64,000 bases of DNA from Camelus dromedarius (GCF_036321535.1 NC_087462.1:10540001-10604000); one strand, 5' to 3'. Shown: positions 32,057-60,212, counted from the first letter of the stretch. The notes: generated by a model not told the origin, from the letters alone. Numbers and translations are program-made.

Positions 32057-32996
32057 GTTGGTGGCGGACTTGCGCGTTGGCCCCGAGTCGGGCTTGGGCG
32101 GGAGGCTCCGGGTGGCCGCGGGTGGCCGCGGCAGTTTGGCTAGCGGAGGGGGCGGCGCGGAACCGGTCTATGCAGGCTAGGCTCTGCGGGTCGGCAGGGT
32201 CGGCTTAGCAGGGCGCATTGGGCGGGGGTTCCAAGTCCAGACTGGGCCCCGGGAGGGAAACCGGCTTTTGGAAGAGGAGCATGCCCACTCCGCCACCCCG
32301 AGCTATCCAGCGAGGCCTCGAGGGGAGGATGTGTCCCCCGGGGCAGATCCAGTTTAACGGTAAAGCTTATTAACTGTAGTTTTTTTTTCTGAGGCAGATA
32401 CTGCCAGTCCCTTTAAAAATACTAAACACCTGAGTTGGGTCTCTACTTTTCTACATCTGTAAGGAGAGGTTGATAGTACCGACTATTTTCTAGACTCCCC
32501 CCACATTTTTGGAAAATGAAAAATAATATCTGTAAACAAGTACTAGGCACGTGGTTGGCAATTACTATTAATAGACTGGATCAGAGGCAGGAAGTGTGGT
32601 CTGAGAATTAGGGCATAACTTGGAAGGAAGCCCGAGTTTTGGGTGTCTGAGCTTGGAGACTGTAGGGAGGAAAGTGTGTGTTGGGGGGATGCTATTAAGG
32701 TTAAATTCCTAAGCTGCTGCAGGAAGAGCAGGGGCTGGCGGAGAGGAGGAAGGATGGGATCTCCAGACCATCCTTCGGGAAGGTGTTTGGCAAATTGGTA
32801 CCCTAGCCCTGTACTCATTCCATCTTTAAAGTTGAAGCTGAAGGTTTGGGATGGTGGAGGGAAACTGGCACGTGGGTGGGCTTGCTTGGGGTCAGTGCAG
32901 GCACAGGGCTAGTAGTTGAGACTAAAACTGGCCAGCCCGTGAGCTTGGGCTGCTCAAATCTGCAGTGCTCACCACTCTGTTCATCCATTCTCCCTT

Positions 32997-33139
32997 NNNN
33001 NNNNNNNNNNNNNNNNNNNNNNNNNNNNNNNNNNNNNNNNNNNNNNNNNNNNNNNNNNNNNNNNNNNNNNNNNNNNNNNNNNNNNNNNNNNNNNNNNNNN
33101 NNNNNNNNNNNNNNNNNNNNNNNNNNNNNNNNNNNNNNN
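32997..33139. other. Assembly gap expected to contain UBA52 exon 2 (ATG)
   Basis: 143 N after a polypyrimidine tract; ubiquitin residues 1-34 are absent from the visible sequence. Confidence 0.9.
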
Positions 33140-33379
33140 TCTGGGTGCTCTGCCCAGTGGGAGCCCCTCAACCCAGGGAATCTGCTGTCCTGTGTGGAAT
33201 TGGTGCTGGGCTTGGACAGATCTCAGTCTTTCTAGTGCTTCCTCTGTGTGGGCTCGGGAAGGCAGCTTATCCTCTCTACCTCAGTTTCCCTTTTGACAGA
33301 TTGAGGGTAATGCTGGAGCAGCCCTGTGGAGAGAGGCGAGAGCTGCCAGTAATATGCTTGCCAGCGCCTCAGCAATTAA

Positions 33380-34366
<987 letters not shown>

Positions 34367-34435
34367 GGCCCTCCACCGGCTCCTCCTTTGCCCGCAAGGC
34401 GGCCTCTTGCCCTAGCCCCATGGCTCTGGGGCCTC

Positions 34436-34441
34436 AATAAA
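34436..34441 (+). terminator. UBA52 polyadenylation signal AATAAA
   Basis: AATAAA 70 nt after the TAA stop. Confidence 0.9.
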
Positions 34442-35186
34442 GTTTCCCTTTCATTGACTGGAGCAGTAACTGGTGTCCTTGTGGCTGGTGTGTCCAGTGG
34501 GGAGGTAGCTGAGGTGTGGGCATCTCTGTTAGTGACTTCTTGTCACTCAAGTCTTCATAGTCCTTGGGGGTCCACTCTCCTGGGTTCTAGTTGTCTCATC
34601 TGTAAGATGGGCCATGGCCCCTGCCCTTCATGCCTGAAGTTGTCATAACCACAGCACGAGCAAGGTTCGGTCCTGGCCCTCTGCCATATAGCCTAGTGAG
34701 CCTGCCCACTTGGGTTTTGTTATCTGTAAAGTGGGAATTAAGACCTCCAGCCCAGGGACTGGTAGGACCTGGTCAGGCATGTTGACAGCCCTCATGCCTG
34801 AATCTTGGAGGTGTTCAGGTGTGGGTAAAAAGAAATGCCCCACCTAGTGTAAAAACACCTGTTCTCAATTTTGACTGACCATTAGCTTCTAGACCCCACC
34901 CAAGATCCACGAGCTCTCTCTGGGAGGGCAGAATGCAAATCAGGTGAGGGTTGTTGCACCCTGGCAAGGCCATGGGTTTTATTTCCCTTGGGATGATTGG
35001 GACTTGACAATCAAGGCCTGATCAATGATGCCTGAGCCAGCTGAGACCTGGAGTGCCAGCTTAAGGCTATCACTCCATCCCTTAGGTACTTGGGTTTTAT
35101 CTTTTGTCAACTGCCCTGCTCCCTAAACCAGGCCACCACTATCTGGTCTTCCCCATGTCCACCCCTGGAGGAGGAAGCTTCTAAAG

Positions 35187-35221
35187 CTCAAACTAGGTGT
35201 ATCTCAAACTAGGTGTATCTC
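35187..35221. repeat. 16-bp tandem duplication
   Basis: CTCAAACTAGGTGTAT twice, then CTC. Confidence 0.85.
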
Positions 35222-35715
35222 CAGTTGGAAAGCTCTGAAATCTTTGTACTTAACATGAACTCCTGCTGGCCTCACCCCTGCCTCACACTTCCACCTCAGG
35301 GCCTTCGCACAGGCCCTCCAGCTCACTTCTGAGCAGTTCACACAACCTGCTGGTGACTCTGCTGTTGGCTGGGTTCCAGCAACTTGAGCTCTCCGGGGTC
35401 AAAACCTACATTCAAATCCCATTCTTATAACCTTGTGGCATGAGATGATGGATATATTCTTGGGCTCCATTTTTAAAAATTTTGAGTGGGGGCAGGATGT
35501 GAAGATGAAATGAAGTCGGGTGTTGACATGGCTGTGTAGAAACCCAGGGAACAGCCTTGCTCTATACAGTACCGTACATTCAGGGGCAAAAATGGTAAGA
35601 CAGGTTTTGGATGGGAACAAGTACAGGGGTTGGGTGAATGGAGAGTGCGGCGTGAGAAGCCCCCAGTCTTTGCTTCCCCTTATTGCCCGGGGTCTCGGGG
35701 TCTCTGGGTCATCCG

Positions 35716-35732
35716 GGCCTGCAGGGGGCGCC
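35716..35732 (+). promoter_or_regulatory. Candidate CTCF site in the REX1BD promoter
   Basis: GGCCTGCAGGGGGCGCC has one mismatch to the CCASYAGRKGGCRS core. Confidence 0.55.
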
Positions 35733-35781
35733 TGGCGCACCGGAGTAACCTGCTCCCGGGTTGGGCCAGAGCTGCGCAATC

Positions 35782-38273
35782 ATGATCACCGCCGAGGCCG
35801 TGGCTGAGTCCGCTGTCTCCGTAGCGCCGGGTGCTGAGGCCGCCACTGGAGTCCCGGAGCGCGAGGAGCCGGTGTGGCCCTGGGTGAGCTCGAGCCCGAG
35901 CAGGAACTAGCGTGGGGTGGGCGGTGCAGGATCGGGGGGCGCCGTCTTCATGCCTTAGCCATGCCCCCCGCCCCGTAGAAAGATGCCCCGATCCGGGCGC
36001 TGGTGCAGCGAATCCACCAGTTGCAGGCTGAGCGCGCGCAGGCCTTCCGCCGGCTGGAGGAGTAAGTGTGGGCATAGGGGAGGGCAGGGGTCACAGGGTT
36101 AAGCCCCTAGCCCGCTCCGGAGATGGGCGTACCTTGAGGAGGAACTAGGTCCCCGCGCGGCTGCGTTGTCAGAGGTGGGGCGGGGTTTGCCCGGAGACCA
36201 GAGCTCCGAGTGGCGTCTCTCCCTTACCCACGCTCAGGGGTGGGCCCGTCTCGAGTTACCCTGCGGGAGTCAAAACGTCCTCCACACTCTGGGGTCCAGG
36301 GATACTTCCTGGGGGGCTTCTAGGTAGTCGATGCTGTTGCAGGGCCTGAGAGCCAGGGCCGTAGCCTCAGGACCCCCATCTGCCGCAGAGGCCACAGCCA
36401 GTACCTGAGCAGCGGCCCGCCTTACGACTTCCCGCGCTACCGGAGCACGGTACACGAGGTGACCCAGATCTTCGCCGCCGCCTCGCGGGAGGTGCTGGCG
36501 GTGGAGGCCGAGCTGGCTGGACCCCGAGCGCAGCCGCTGCTCGCGAGCCACGTGCGCAGCCTGCAGCAGCTGGAAGAGACGCGCCTGGCCACGGTGAGGG
36601 CCCTCCCCGGGCTTCGTATCCTCCTACTCCACCCCTTGTCTCTCGGGCCTTAGCCCACTGTGCGCCCCTTGAGGGAGGGGCCAGGTTGTCCCCTCAAACC
36701 TCGCCCCTGGTGCCCCAGAACCCACTCTTCCTGGCCCACCTCAGTCGTTCATTAAGGTTTCACTTAAAATTCTCAAGCTTAGTCCCCTCCTGTCCGCCCC
36801 CAGTTTCATCCAGGTTTTTAGTCCCAGGACACGCCCACTCCATCCCAGACTCCGCCCCTAGGGCGCTCCAACCCCCTCTGGTTCTAACCAACTCCCCAGG
36901 CTAGTACTCCAGATCCCTGCCTACTCCTGGACCTACTCCTCCCGCTAGGGTTCCAAGGCCCCGCCTACTCTGTCCCTACAGCCAGTCCTGACCGAGATAC
37001 ACTGCAGGCCAAATCCACGTGAAGGCACGCCCACATCATATTCTACACTGGGATTCCCAGGCCACTCTGCCTTAGATTCCCAAACCCAGTCTAGGTTTTC
37101 GGCCTACTTCCACCCTGGATTATAACGCCAGGCAGGTCCCTGAGATTGAGACCCCCGCCTACTTCACCCCCGACCATCAACCCCTGGTTGAGATTTCCCG
37201 GCTAACAGTTCCCCTACCTTTTCTGCCTACATGAAGCCACGTCCCCATTGCGCTCTCTCTGACTCTAGGGCCGCCCACTCGGCCCCACTCCTCCCAAGCC
37301 CCCTAAACCTAATCCTAGATTCCTCCTGCGCTAAGCACCGCCCCTTGAGACTCCCCGCCTGCCATGGCCTCACTCTTGTGCTGCCTTTTTGGCTGTGTCA
37401 GTGTCTCTTCCTCCCTATTATGTGGGAGGGCAGGGGGTGGCCGCTGCCAGCTGTGACATCTTCCTTGCTGCCTACTGCCCATCCAGGTGGCCCTGCTGCA
37501 GCTGATGGGGGCACCAGAGCTGACTGGGCAGGAGGACACCGTGCAGATGCACCAACTGAAGATGAAGTGAGTGTTGCCTCCCAGTGGGCTGACTGTGCTA
37601 GACTTGCACATGCACCCTTGGGTACCCAACCCCAGCCAGGTGTGCCCCAGGGCTGGCAAGGTCAGACTGTGCCAACCCTCCAGACCTGCACACAACTCTT
37701 AGGATGTGCACACCTGAGTCCTCACCTGGTGGCTCCTAGATGTACAGCAGACATTCCCTCAGCACACACACTGCAATTTCACACCAGACTCTGCATTTTC
37801 AGGGCACAGCTGCACACGTCACACATACCAATCCTGCTCACATGGCTTGACTTGGAGCGTGGACATGGCTGCCCTGGCCCCACCAGACACATGCCTGTAC
37901 ATTCCTGCCTTCAACACCTCCCAAGCGCACACATGTGCACACGTGCTCAACATCTGCCAATGTCACACTCTGCACCTTCCTTGTGGCACATACCAACCCA
38001 AAATGGCCTTTTCTCTCTGCCACTCTGACCCACGGGACCACCACTCCTCCCAGGTACCCAAATGGTCCTCCCGGCCATTAGTGCTGCTTGGAGGTTTGGC
38101 AGCAGGCAGGAGGGCCCAGGGTCTGCCCCCTCAGAGCTGCGCAGCAGCGGCTAATTCACCCCATCTGGGTTTTATTTATAGTTCCCATCCACTCTTGTAG
38201 GGTAATTAAAACCATGGAAGCGATCAGCGAGGTTCTCCAGGACCTCAGGTTTGATGCGGAGTCTGCCGAGTGA
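35782..38273 (+). CDS. REX1BD: Required for excision 1-B domain protein (C19orf60), 180 aa
   Basis: Exons 35782-35883, 35979-36061, 36389-36593, 37487-37566, 38201-38273 total 543 nt. Protein MITAEAVAE...[41 protein letters not shown]...[14 protein letters not shown]...[23 protein letters not shown]. Confidence 0.94.
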
Positions 38274-38408
38274 TGGTGGCTCCCCAGGGATGAGCCGAAG
38301 GAGATGGGAAATGGAACAGACGGCATCCGGCCCAGCCCTGACCACCAGCTGGCTGGGGTCTCGCCCCACTGGGCTACTGATCCTCTTCAAGTTCACCTCA
38401 CCTCTCAC

Positions 38409-38414
38409 AATAAA
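38409..38414 (+). terminator. REX1BD polyadenylation signal AATAAA
   Basis: AATAAA 135 nt after the stop codon. Confidence 0.8.
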
Positions 38415-38728
38415 AAACCTAAAGAACCTTTTGTCTGCAGCTGCTCCACTGTCTCTGTCCTGGGGTGCTGAGGTGGGGTCCACAAAGCTAGGAAAAGTGG
38501 GTGCAAGATTCTTCCCCTCCCTGACTCTGATATTTTGAATCACACTCCCCAAGAAGTTTAGAACCAGATATTTCAGATCGTGGAGAGAGTCAGAAAGTCT
38601 GCGAGGTGAAGATTCCCGTCCCAAAGGGTCATTAGGATTCTCATGTCTCCCCTGAAACCCCACAGCCCCTATCCCAGGCCAGTCTAGCCCCACACTCACC
38701 TTCACAATCAGGGCAGCTAAATAGCTTG

Positions 38729-38734
38729 TTTATT
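38729..38734 (-). terminator. CRLF1 polyadenylation signal AATAAA
   Basis: TTTATT on the plus strand, about 280 nt past the stop codon. Confidence 0.8.
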
Positions 38735-39015
38735 TAAAAAGACTGGAGGGGGCCCTGGGTAGGGGATGGCCTTCTTCACCCCCAGCCCTGGCAGGTGTTC
38801 TGCAAGGCGGCCCACCCTCACAAACACACACACCCTCCACTGGGGTGCACCTCACATGGAGGCCAGAGCTGGTGTGGCCCTCAGAGCTCAGAGTGCTCGC
38901 TCCAATTGCTGAGAGGGCTGGAGCACCCTGAGGTGAGGGTACAGAGGTGGCCCCCAGTCTGGGTGTGGCCCCTGCGTCTCCATGCAGCAGGGAGGGCAGC
39001 CCCAGCCTCTAGAGC

Positions 39016-49071
<10,056 letters not shown>

Positions 49072-49190
49072 GGGGCCGGCGCTGCCGGGGGCGCGCGGCA
49101 GACGGCGGCTGCGGCGGTGGCGGCGCTGGACGCGGGACGCAGGCCGGGCGCGGGAGGGCGCGGGCCAAGCAGCCCGCACGTCGCTGGGCG

Positions 49191-49326
49191 NNNNNNNNNN
49201 NNNNNNNNNNNNNNNNNNNNNNNNNNNNNNNNNNNNNNNNNNNNNNNNNNNNNNNNNNNNNNNNNNNNNNNNNNNNNNNNNNNNNNNNNNNNNNNNNNNN
49301 NNNNNNNNNNNNNNNNNNNNNNNNNN
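49191..49326. other. Assembly gap in the CRLF1 5'UTR/promoter
   Basis: 136 N within an extremely GC-rich region. Confidence 0.99.
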
Positions 49327-51149
49327 CGCCCGCGGGCACCGCGGGCCCCACCCGTCCGGCCTCCGCCCCGCCGCGCACCGCACGCGCCCTGTCCCGCGGC
49401 CCCAAACCCCCCACTCAATCCTTACAGACCTGGGACCTCCCTTTCCAACCCCGCCAGCTCCAGGCTCCCCACCCCCAATCTGGGACCTGGCGCCCCCAAT
49501 TGCGTTTCCATACCCTTGTCCACTTCCCTGCACCCTGCGCTCAGCCTTGTGCCCCTTCAGCGTCCCCTGAGGCCCCCAGCCCTGGCCAGTCTCCCTCTCA
49601 TCCTCTGCCTGGACCCCCACCCCAACTCTGGCCCCGCCCCCCCCGACTAAGCGGTCCCTGAGCCCCGCCTGCTCCCATCTCCAGCCCCTTTTCCTCCCCG
49701 GGGGCCTAAAAATCGACCCTCTTGCCCCACGCCATCGGGCGCGCGGGTCCCACCGGTCTCGGCTCAGCGCTCCCCCTCCCACTTCATCCCGCCTCTTCTG
49801 GTCCTCCGCGCGCAGCCTCGGCCGGAGGCTTTGCAGGGGAAGACGGAGAAAGAGCTGCAAGGCACAGAGTCCCCGGACTTCGCCCTGGCTCAGCTGTCCC
49901 CCTCGAGCGGGACGGAACTGAGGTTCCTTGGGGGCACCCGGGGGCCTCAGGAGAGAGTTCCTGCGTGGGCAGACAGGGAAAATGGGCCCCAGGGGACGGG
50001 AGCCTGCGCGGGTTGTGTGTGCGGGGCAGGAGAGATTCCCAGGAGGAGAGCAGAAAGGAGGCACCCCCTCGACTCGCTGAGACACCCCCCACGGAAAAAT
50101 CCGCTCAGCGGCCCGCGGGTGGGGTGCGCCACGCAGTGAGTAATCGCTCGGGCGGCCGCCGCCCGCCGGCTCCAGGTAATGCCGGCTGCCCCGAGCGAAG
50201 CATACTTTGTCTTTTTTTTTTGCACAAGGATCCTTCTCCGAGTTATTATTTTTGGCCACTGCTTTGGTTTCGGGACCCCTCCCGGCCCGGGCGCCTCATC
50301 CCCCTCCTCTCGGTCCCCACCCGACTCGGGGCGCTCAAGATAAAAAGGGCTCCTGGCCTCCAAGGCGCGGGTGGAGGGGGAGCCTGAAATGAGAGTTCCG
50401 GGGCCGCCTCCAACCCCGCGGTTTGAGTCGCAGCCCCGCCCCCAGCCGAGTGCCCTCAGAGGGGAAGGGCTCTAACTCCCTCTTCCAAGGGGTTCCCTTA
50501 GAGGCCTGGACCCGCCTTCTAGGTCCTTAACCAACCAAGGGGGTAAAAGTGTCTGAGGGGGGCTCAGGAGTTCTCATCCTGTTTGCTCAAGGCTGCCCTC
50601 TACCACCCTCCTCCAACTTGGATACCCAACTCAGACCTCAGGCTGTCAGAAAAGAGGACTGAAAGATAGAGTCCTCGGTGCGTCCCTCGCCCCCACCCTT
50701 CTGGACTTCGGATGGGTTTGTGAGGGAGAGAGCACAGCAGCCCCGGCATGGTGCACTGACGTTTACTGGGGCAAACCGGCTTCTTTGCCTTAGTTTCCTC
50801 CCTACGCAGTGTACGACTCCTAGCCAGCCTAAGGGTTTCTGTGGAAAGTTACAATGTAAGAGAAGGCTACACTGTCTAAACACTTAGCATAGCACCTGGC
50901 ACTGTGGGCATGGTCCTTTGGAGCCTCAGTCTGTCACCTCTGAAAAATGGGGCCATAGTCCCTTCTGCTAGGTGGTCCAGAGAGTTAAATGGAGATGGCA
51001 GTTCTTGGCTGAAACGGTGTTTCCAGGATATATGCCACCTCTGCCCTGCAACATTTGACTCCCTCCTGGAGGACTTTAGGCTTCTGGAGCAAAATTTTGA
51101 TATCCACCCCCACCCCCCAGTGTCTGCTCCTCCCCTAGTCATTCCCCAG

Positions 51150-51850
51150 TCTCCCCCATCCACCCAGATGCTCCTGCATCCACCTAGACCTGGAGGTGCG
51201 CTTGACAACTCTCTCCCTCCCTCACGTCCAATCCATCAGCAAATACTCTTGGCTCTGATTCCAAAATACATCCCCATTCTGAGATTCTGACCCCTTTTCC
51301 CTACTCTATTCCGGTCCAGGGCCCACCATCTTCTTCTGCAATGCCAGCCAGCCTCTTCTTGGGCTTCCCTGGTAAACCCTCCTGCCCTCGTCTGCACAGC
51401 TGCACAGATGAAAGAAGAAAGAGGATCTTCTCTGCCCTGCCCTCTCCCCTCTCCTTTTCTCCACTCTCTTCATCCTCTTCCTTCCTCTCCCTCACTCCGC
51501 TCCAGCTGCTGCAGCCCCGTTTCCCCAAACACACTAGGGTGGTTATTATCACAAGGTCTTTGCACATTTGCTGTTCCCTCTGCAGGGATGCAGTTCCCCC
51601 AAACCTTCCCCGTTAGCACCTTCTCTTCCATCAGGTCACAGGTCAAGTGTTCTCAGAGGGGGCCTCCCACCCTTTCCAGACACCCTTCTTTCCCTTCCTT
51701 TTTAAACTGTCTGTAACACAGCTCTCCAATCATCTTTCTCTTGAGACATTTTCTTTAGACTGAACACCCTATGAGCCATTCGGACTCCATGCTGGGGCCA
51801 GTGAGGGCCACACAAGAGCTCAATGAACACTTGCAAAATGAAAGGATGGA
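51150..51850 (+). mobile_element. LINE-2 remnant
   Basis: CCAATCCATCAGCAAATACTCTTGG...CTTTGCACATTTGCTGTTCCCTCTGC, ending in an AATGAA-type tail. Confidence 0.65.
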
Positions 51851-52899
51851 GAATTCTTAGTCTCTCCAAGTAGCAAGAAAACTCAGTACCAGTGAATCAT
51901 GCTGTGTGGTGTCCCAGCCAGGCTCATGTCTCTTGACTTGCTATGTGATCCAAGCTGGTAGCCACCCCTCTCTGGTCCTTACCTGTAAAAGGGTATGGAT
52001 CATTTGCCCAGCCCCGCCCTGGAGCATGCCCTCTGCCCTCTGGGTGACCTTTACTTCATAGACTTTAAGGAAAGAGATTTGTTGTCTAGGTGCACCCTTC
52101 TCTGCCCTTGGTTCTCCCAGTGGCTTAACCCCTTCCTCCTCAGTCCCACCACCTATTGTGCAGGAAGGGGAACCAGCGTTGATGGAACTTCTGACAAATA
52201 TTGACTCAAGTCCTTGAACGTGTCTGGGAATGTACTGAGGGGGCAGATGGAGGGAGGGCACCATACTGGCTGGAGGAGGAGCTCCTCCTTAGTCTTGCAC
52301 ACTTTGCACCTAAGGATTATGTTGGGGGAGACCCTCCAGCCCAGCTCCTTGCATAATTTCAGGGCATTGAGTGGGTACAGGGAGGGGGCAGTGGTAACAG
52401 GGTCCCACAAGGGGTCCCACAAGGGATGAGGAGGGCACAGAGCTGCCCCTCTTATGCTGAGACCCCCATTGTCAGGGCTCCTCCGTATGGGATTAGCTGA
52501 CTTTTATTGCAGGCCAGTGTTCTGAGGAAGCGAGAATAGAGATGGGCTGGTCTGGACATGGGCTTGGGGCAGCAGAACCTAGGTTCAGGATCTGTATGCA
52601 GAAGAAGGGGCTTTATCATTTCCATCCTGGAGGTTGAGCCTGGGGAGCTGGGTTGCCTGGATCCCAGGCTTTGTGCAGTCTGTATATTAAAAATCTGGTC
52701 CCCATAGGCATCAGAGGGGGAACTTCAGGAATGCAAAGTTGCCTATGTCCAGGTCAGGGCCAGTGATCACCGGGTCATGGAGAGTTCCATGCCCCTCTGC
52801 ACCCTGGAGAACCTTGGATGTCTGGGTTCCAGGAGGCGCCAGCCATGTTGGGGGTAACAACTGTGCCCCTTTCCCCACCACTGTCAGCAAACGGCGGCG

Positions 52900-54300
52900 C
52901 CATGGTGCCTAGCCTGCTCCCCAGCCTGTACCCGGCTTGGGGGTGGGGGTCAGCGGGGTCGCGGTGAGAGCGGCAAGGGACAAAGGGCGCTTGTCCGATG
53001 CCCGCCCTGACCTCGGCCGCGGCTTCCCGGACGCCCGGCCCGCCTCTGATTCACGCCCAGGCGGGCCGCAGCGCCCCCCGCCTGCAGCCCCAGCCGGGCC
53101 GCCCCGGGGGGTAGGAAGTAGAGGGGGGGCTAGGGGCGGCGCCGAGTCAACTTTCCCTCTTAAGCCCCGAAGGAATGTCGGCGGATTTCCTGAAACCCGA
53201 CCCTGGCCGCCCGCCGGCCCGCCCGCCCCTCACCTGGACCTGATCCCTCGGGAATGGCAGGAGGGGCGCGGGGGCTCACCTGGGGGGCCGGGGTCAAGTC
53301 CTCCTTCCGCTCCCGCTCCAGGCGGCCTCTTGGAGCGGAAAGGGGGGTGGGTGGCAGGAGATCAAACCTTCTCACTCCTTCTCCCTGGCGACCTAGGCCA
53401 GTATCCCAAGTCCTCTGGCCTCAGTTTCCCCTTCCGCTTTTAAAAGGGTGCGGGTGTCCTTCCTTCCCTGTTGAGCTTTAAGAGGCGCCTGATTCCCCTG
53501 ACGTCCCACCTCCCAGTCTTGGCAGGGTTCTGCCCACCTCTTTTTGCTTCTCTTGCTTGTCACCTGGGCCGACGCCCTTTGCCACCCTAAGCCTCAGTTT
53601 CTTCATCTGTAAATTGGACAAGGGCTACCACTACTTCCTTGTAACGTTGTTATAAGAAAATACTTGGGAACTGTTTTGTTTGGAATGAATGAAGAAAATT
53701 AATTGTGGAAGGCTTCAGCGCGCGGAGCTCTGGAATTGACATGTGTGGGCTTGAATCCTGGCTCTGCAGAGGAGTCCTGGGTACTAAGTTTCCCACCTGT
53801 GAAATGGGGGACAGTATTGGTCATAACCAACGGCTGTTTCCCAAAGCGCAGGTCTGGCGCCCGGTGGGTTAGATGCGGGGTTCCTTGGCTCTCGCGCAAA
53901 CCACAGGCTGGAGGCCCCCGCTGCAGGGTCGCGGCGGCCTAGCCCGGGAGGGGCGGGGCGGGGCGGGGGAGGGGCCGCGCGAGGATCCAGATGTTCAGGG
54001 TCCGCCAGGCACAGCCGCGCCTGATTAAGCCACGTGGGGGCTGGCCGAGGCCGCGGAGATGAAAGCGCGGCGGCCTGCCGGGGGAGGGGGCGCGCTAGAC
54101 TCCCCCTCCTCGTCCCCTCTTCTTTGGCCAGAACCTGCGGCGCCCTCTGACCGGCGGACCCCAAGTGGCTGCCGCCTCGTCTGCGGGGGCGGAGCACGGA
54201 GCATGGATGGAAGAAGTGCAGGCGGCAGGCACCTGCGCGGGGAACCCCAGGGAGTGGGGGATCATTTTTGCAGAGGACACAGGCTTAGAGGAGCGCCGCC
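52900..54300. promoter_or_regulatory. Intergenic CpG-rich island between the divergent CRLF1 and TMEM59L genes
   Basis: Two CpG-dense blocks (about 52900-53450 and 53850-54300) with no recognisable coding exon. GC boxes; TGATTA + CACGTG at 54022-54036. Confidence 0.6.
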
Positions 54301-55107
54301 ACTCCCATGCCTGCCGGAGAGGAAACTAGGGGACCTCCTAACCCAAGATTCATGGGGCTACACTGTCACCCTAGAGTGAAGCAGTTATGGAAGCCAGAAG
54401 TGCCCCTGTTTGCCCCCAAGTTTTCCCACAGGATTTAGAAATTTTAGCAGTACTCCATCTCCCCATCAGCACCTCTGTGTCCCTCCCACTCAGCCTCAGG
54501 CTGAGGGACCCCCAGTCTGGGGAGAAGGGTCCAGATACCCCAGGTCTGTGGATCAGGGCTTGGTCAGAGTGAGGAGAGCGTGGGGGAACTCTGGAGGGTC
54601 CCAGAGGGCTTCCTAAAGGAGGCAAACTGCCCTCAAGTTACCATCCTTCTGATTTGGATATCAAAGGAGATGATGCCACAGACCTTCCCAAGGCCTTCTC
54701 TAATCCAGCCCTGCGACCCTCACGACCCTCCATCTCCACTCTCTGGCTGGGCTCCAGCCTGCCCACCACCCTCCTACTTCCTTTTCCAACAAGCTCGTCC
54801 CCGCCTAAGGCCCTTGCTGTTTCCTCTGCCTCGATTGTCCTCCTCGCGGGGCCAGCTCGAACGTCGCCTCTAGGAGGCTTTCCCTGATCCCCCTGGCAAA
54901 TAGATCTCTCCTCTATCCTACCACTCTGCTTTTGGCCCCTAGAGATGACTGAGATTTCCTCCTCCATGGATACGAAGGAGGTGGGACAGATGGCAGGAGC
55001 CACGATCCACCTGCCTCGCCCCGCCTGCACCCCGACGGTGCGGCAGCGCCACTCCCCGCCCGTTCTCCGCATCCCCCACCCCCACTTCCCAGGCTGCCTC
55101 GCTCGGG

Positions 55108-59702
<4,595 letters not shown>

Positions 59703-60206
59703 GCCTGGGGCTCCATTGCCAAGGACTGGGGCTTCTCTGGCCTCACTTGCCCTTTGCCTAGGAGTCCAGGCCAAGGCAGAACCATCCTTGGGCTCCTCCT
59801 CCCCTAAATTCTTCTCTCCCCAGCCCTGCCCCCACTCCCTGGATCCTGGGGTTCCCATGGCCCTGCTGAGGGTGCAGGGTCTGGCCTTAGTTCTCTCTGC
59901 CCCCTTCCCCCAGAGCATTACTTTTGTCTTCTATCGTTACTTTTGTCTTCTATTGTATAGCTTCTTGAGAATCGGAACCCCAGTTCTGTGCTGCCTATCT
60001 GCTTCCTCCTCTCTCCCCTCTCTGGGGGTCTGAGGCCGCAGGGGAGCTGCCTTGTGCTAGGGCTTTCCCTTTTCTCCCCGCCCCACCTGTGGAGATCTAG
60101 CCCCATGAGAGGACAGGACTAGAGGATGCCTGGAGGCAGGAGGTGGTGGGTAGCTTCATGCTGGGGGTGTGGATGAGCCTGGAGTTGCAGCACGGGGGTC
60201 GGGAGG

Positions 60207-60212
60207 AATAAA
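60207..60212 (+). terminator. TMEM59L polyadenylation signal AATAAA
   Basis: AATAAA about 500 nt after the stop codon. Confidence 0.75.

Noticed and set aside
37231-38028. 265-aa ORF
   Set aside because: It spans REX1BD introns 3-4 and crosses exon 4 out of frame; the sequence is low-complexity CA-rich.
55020-55055. Possible REST/RE1 site for neuronal TMEM59L (GCACC...CAGCGCC); also partial matches near 52895 and 52985
   Set aside because: Both half-sites are poor or the spacing is wrong relative to TTCAGCACCnnGGACAGCGCC.
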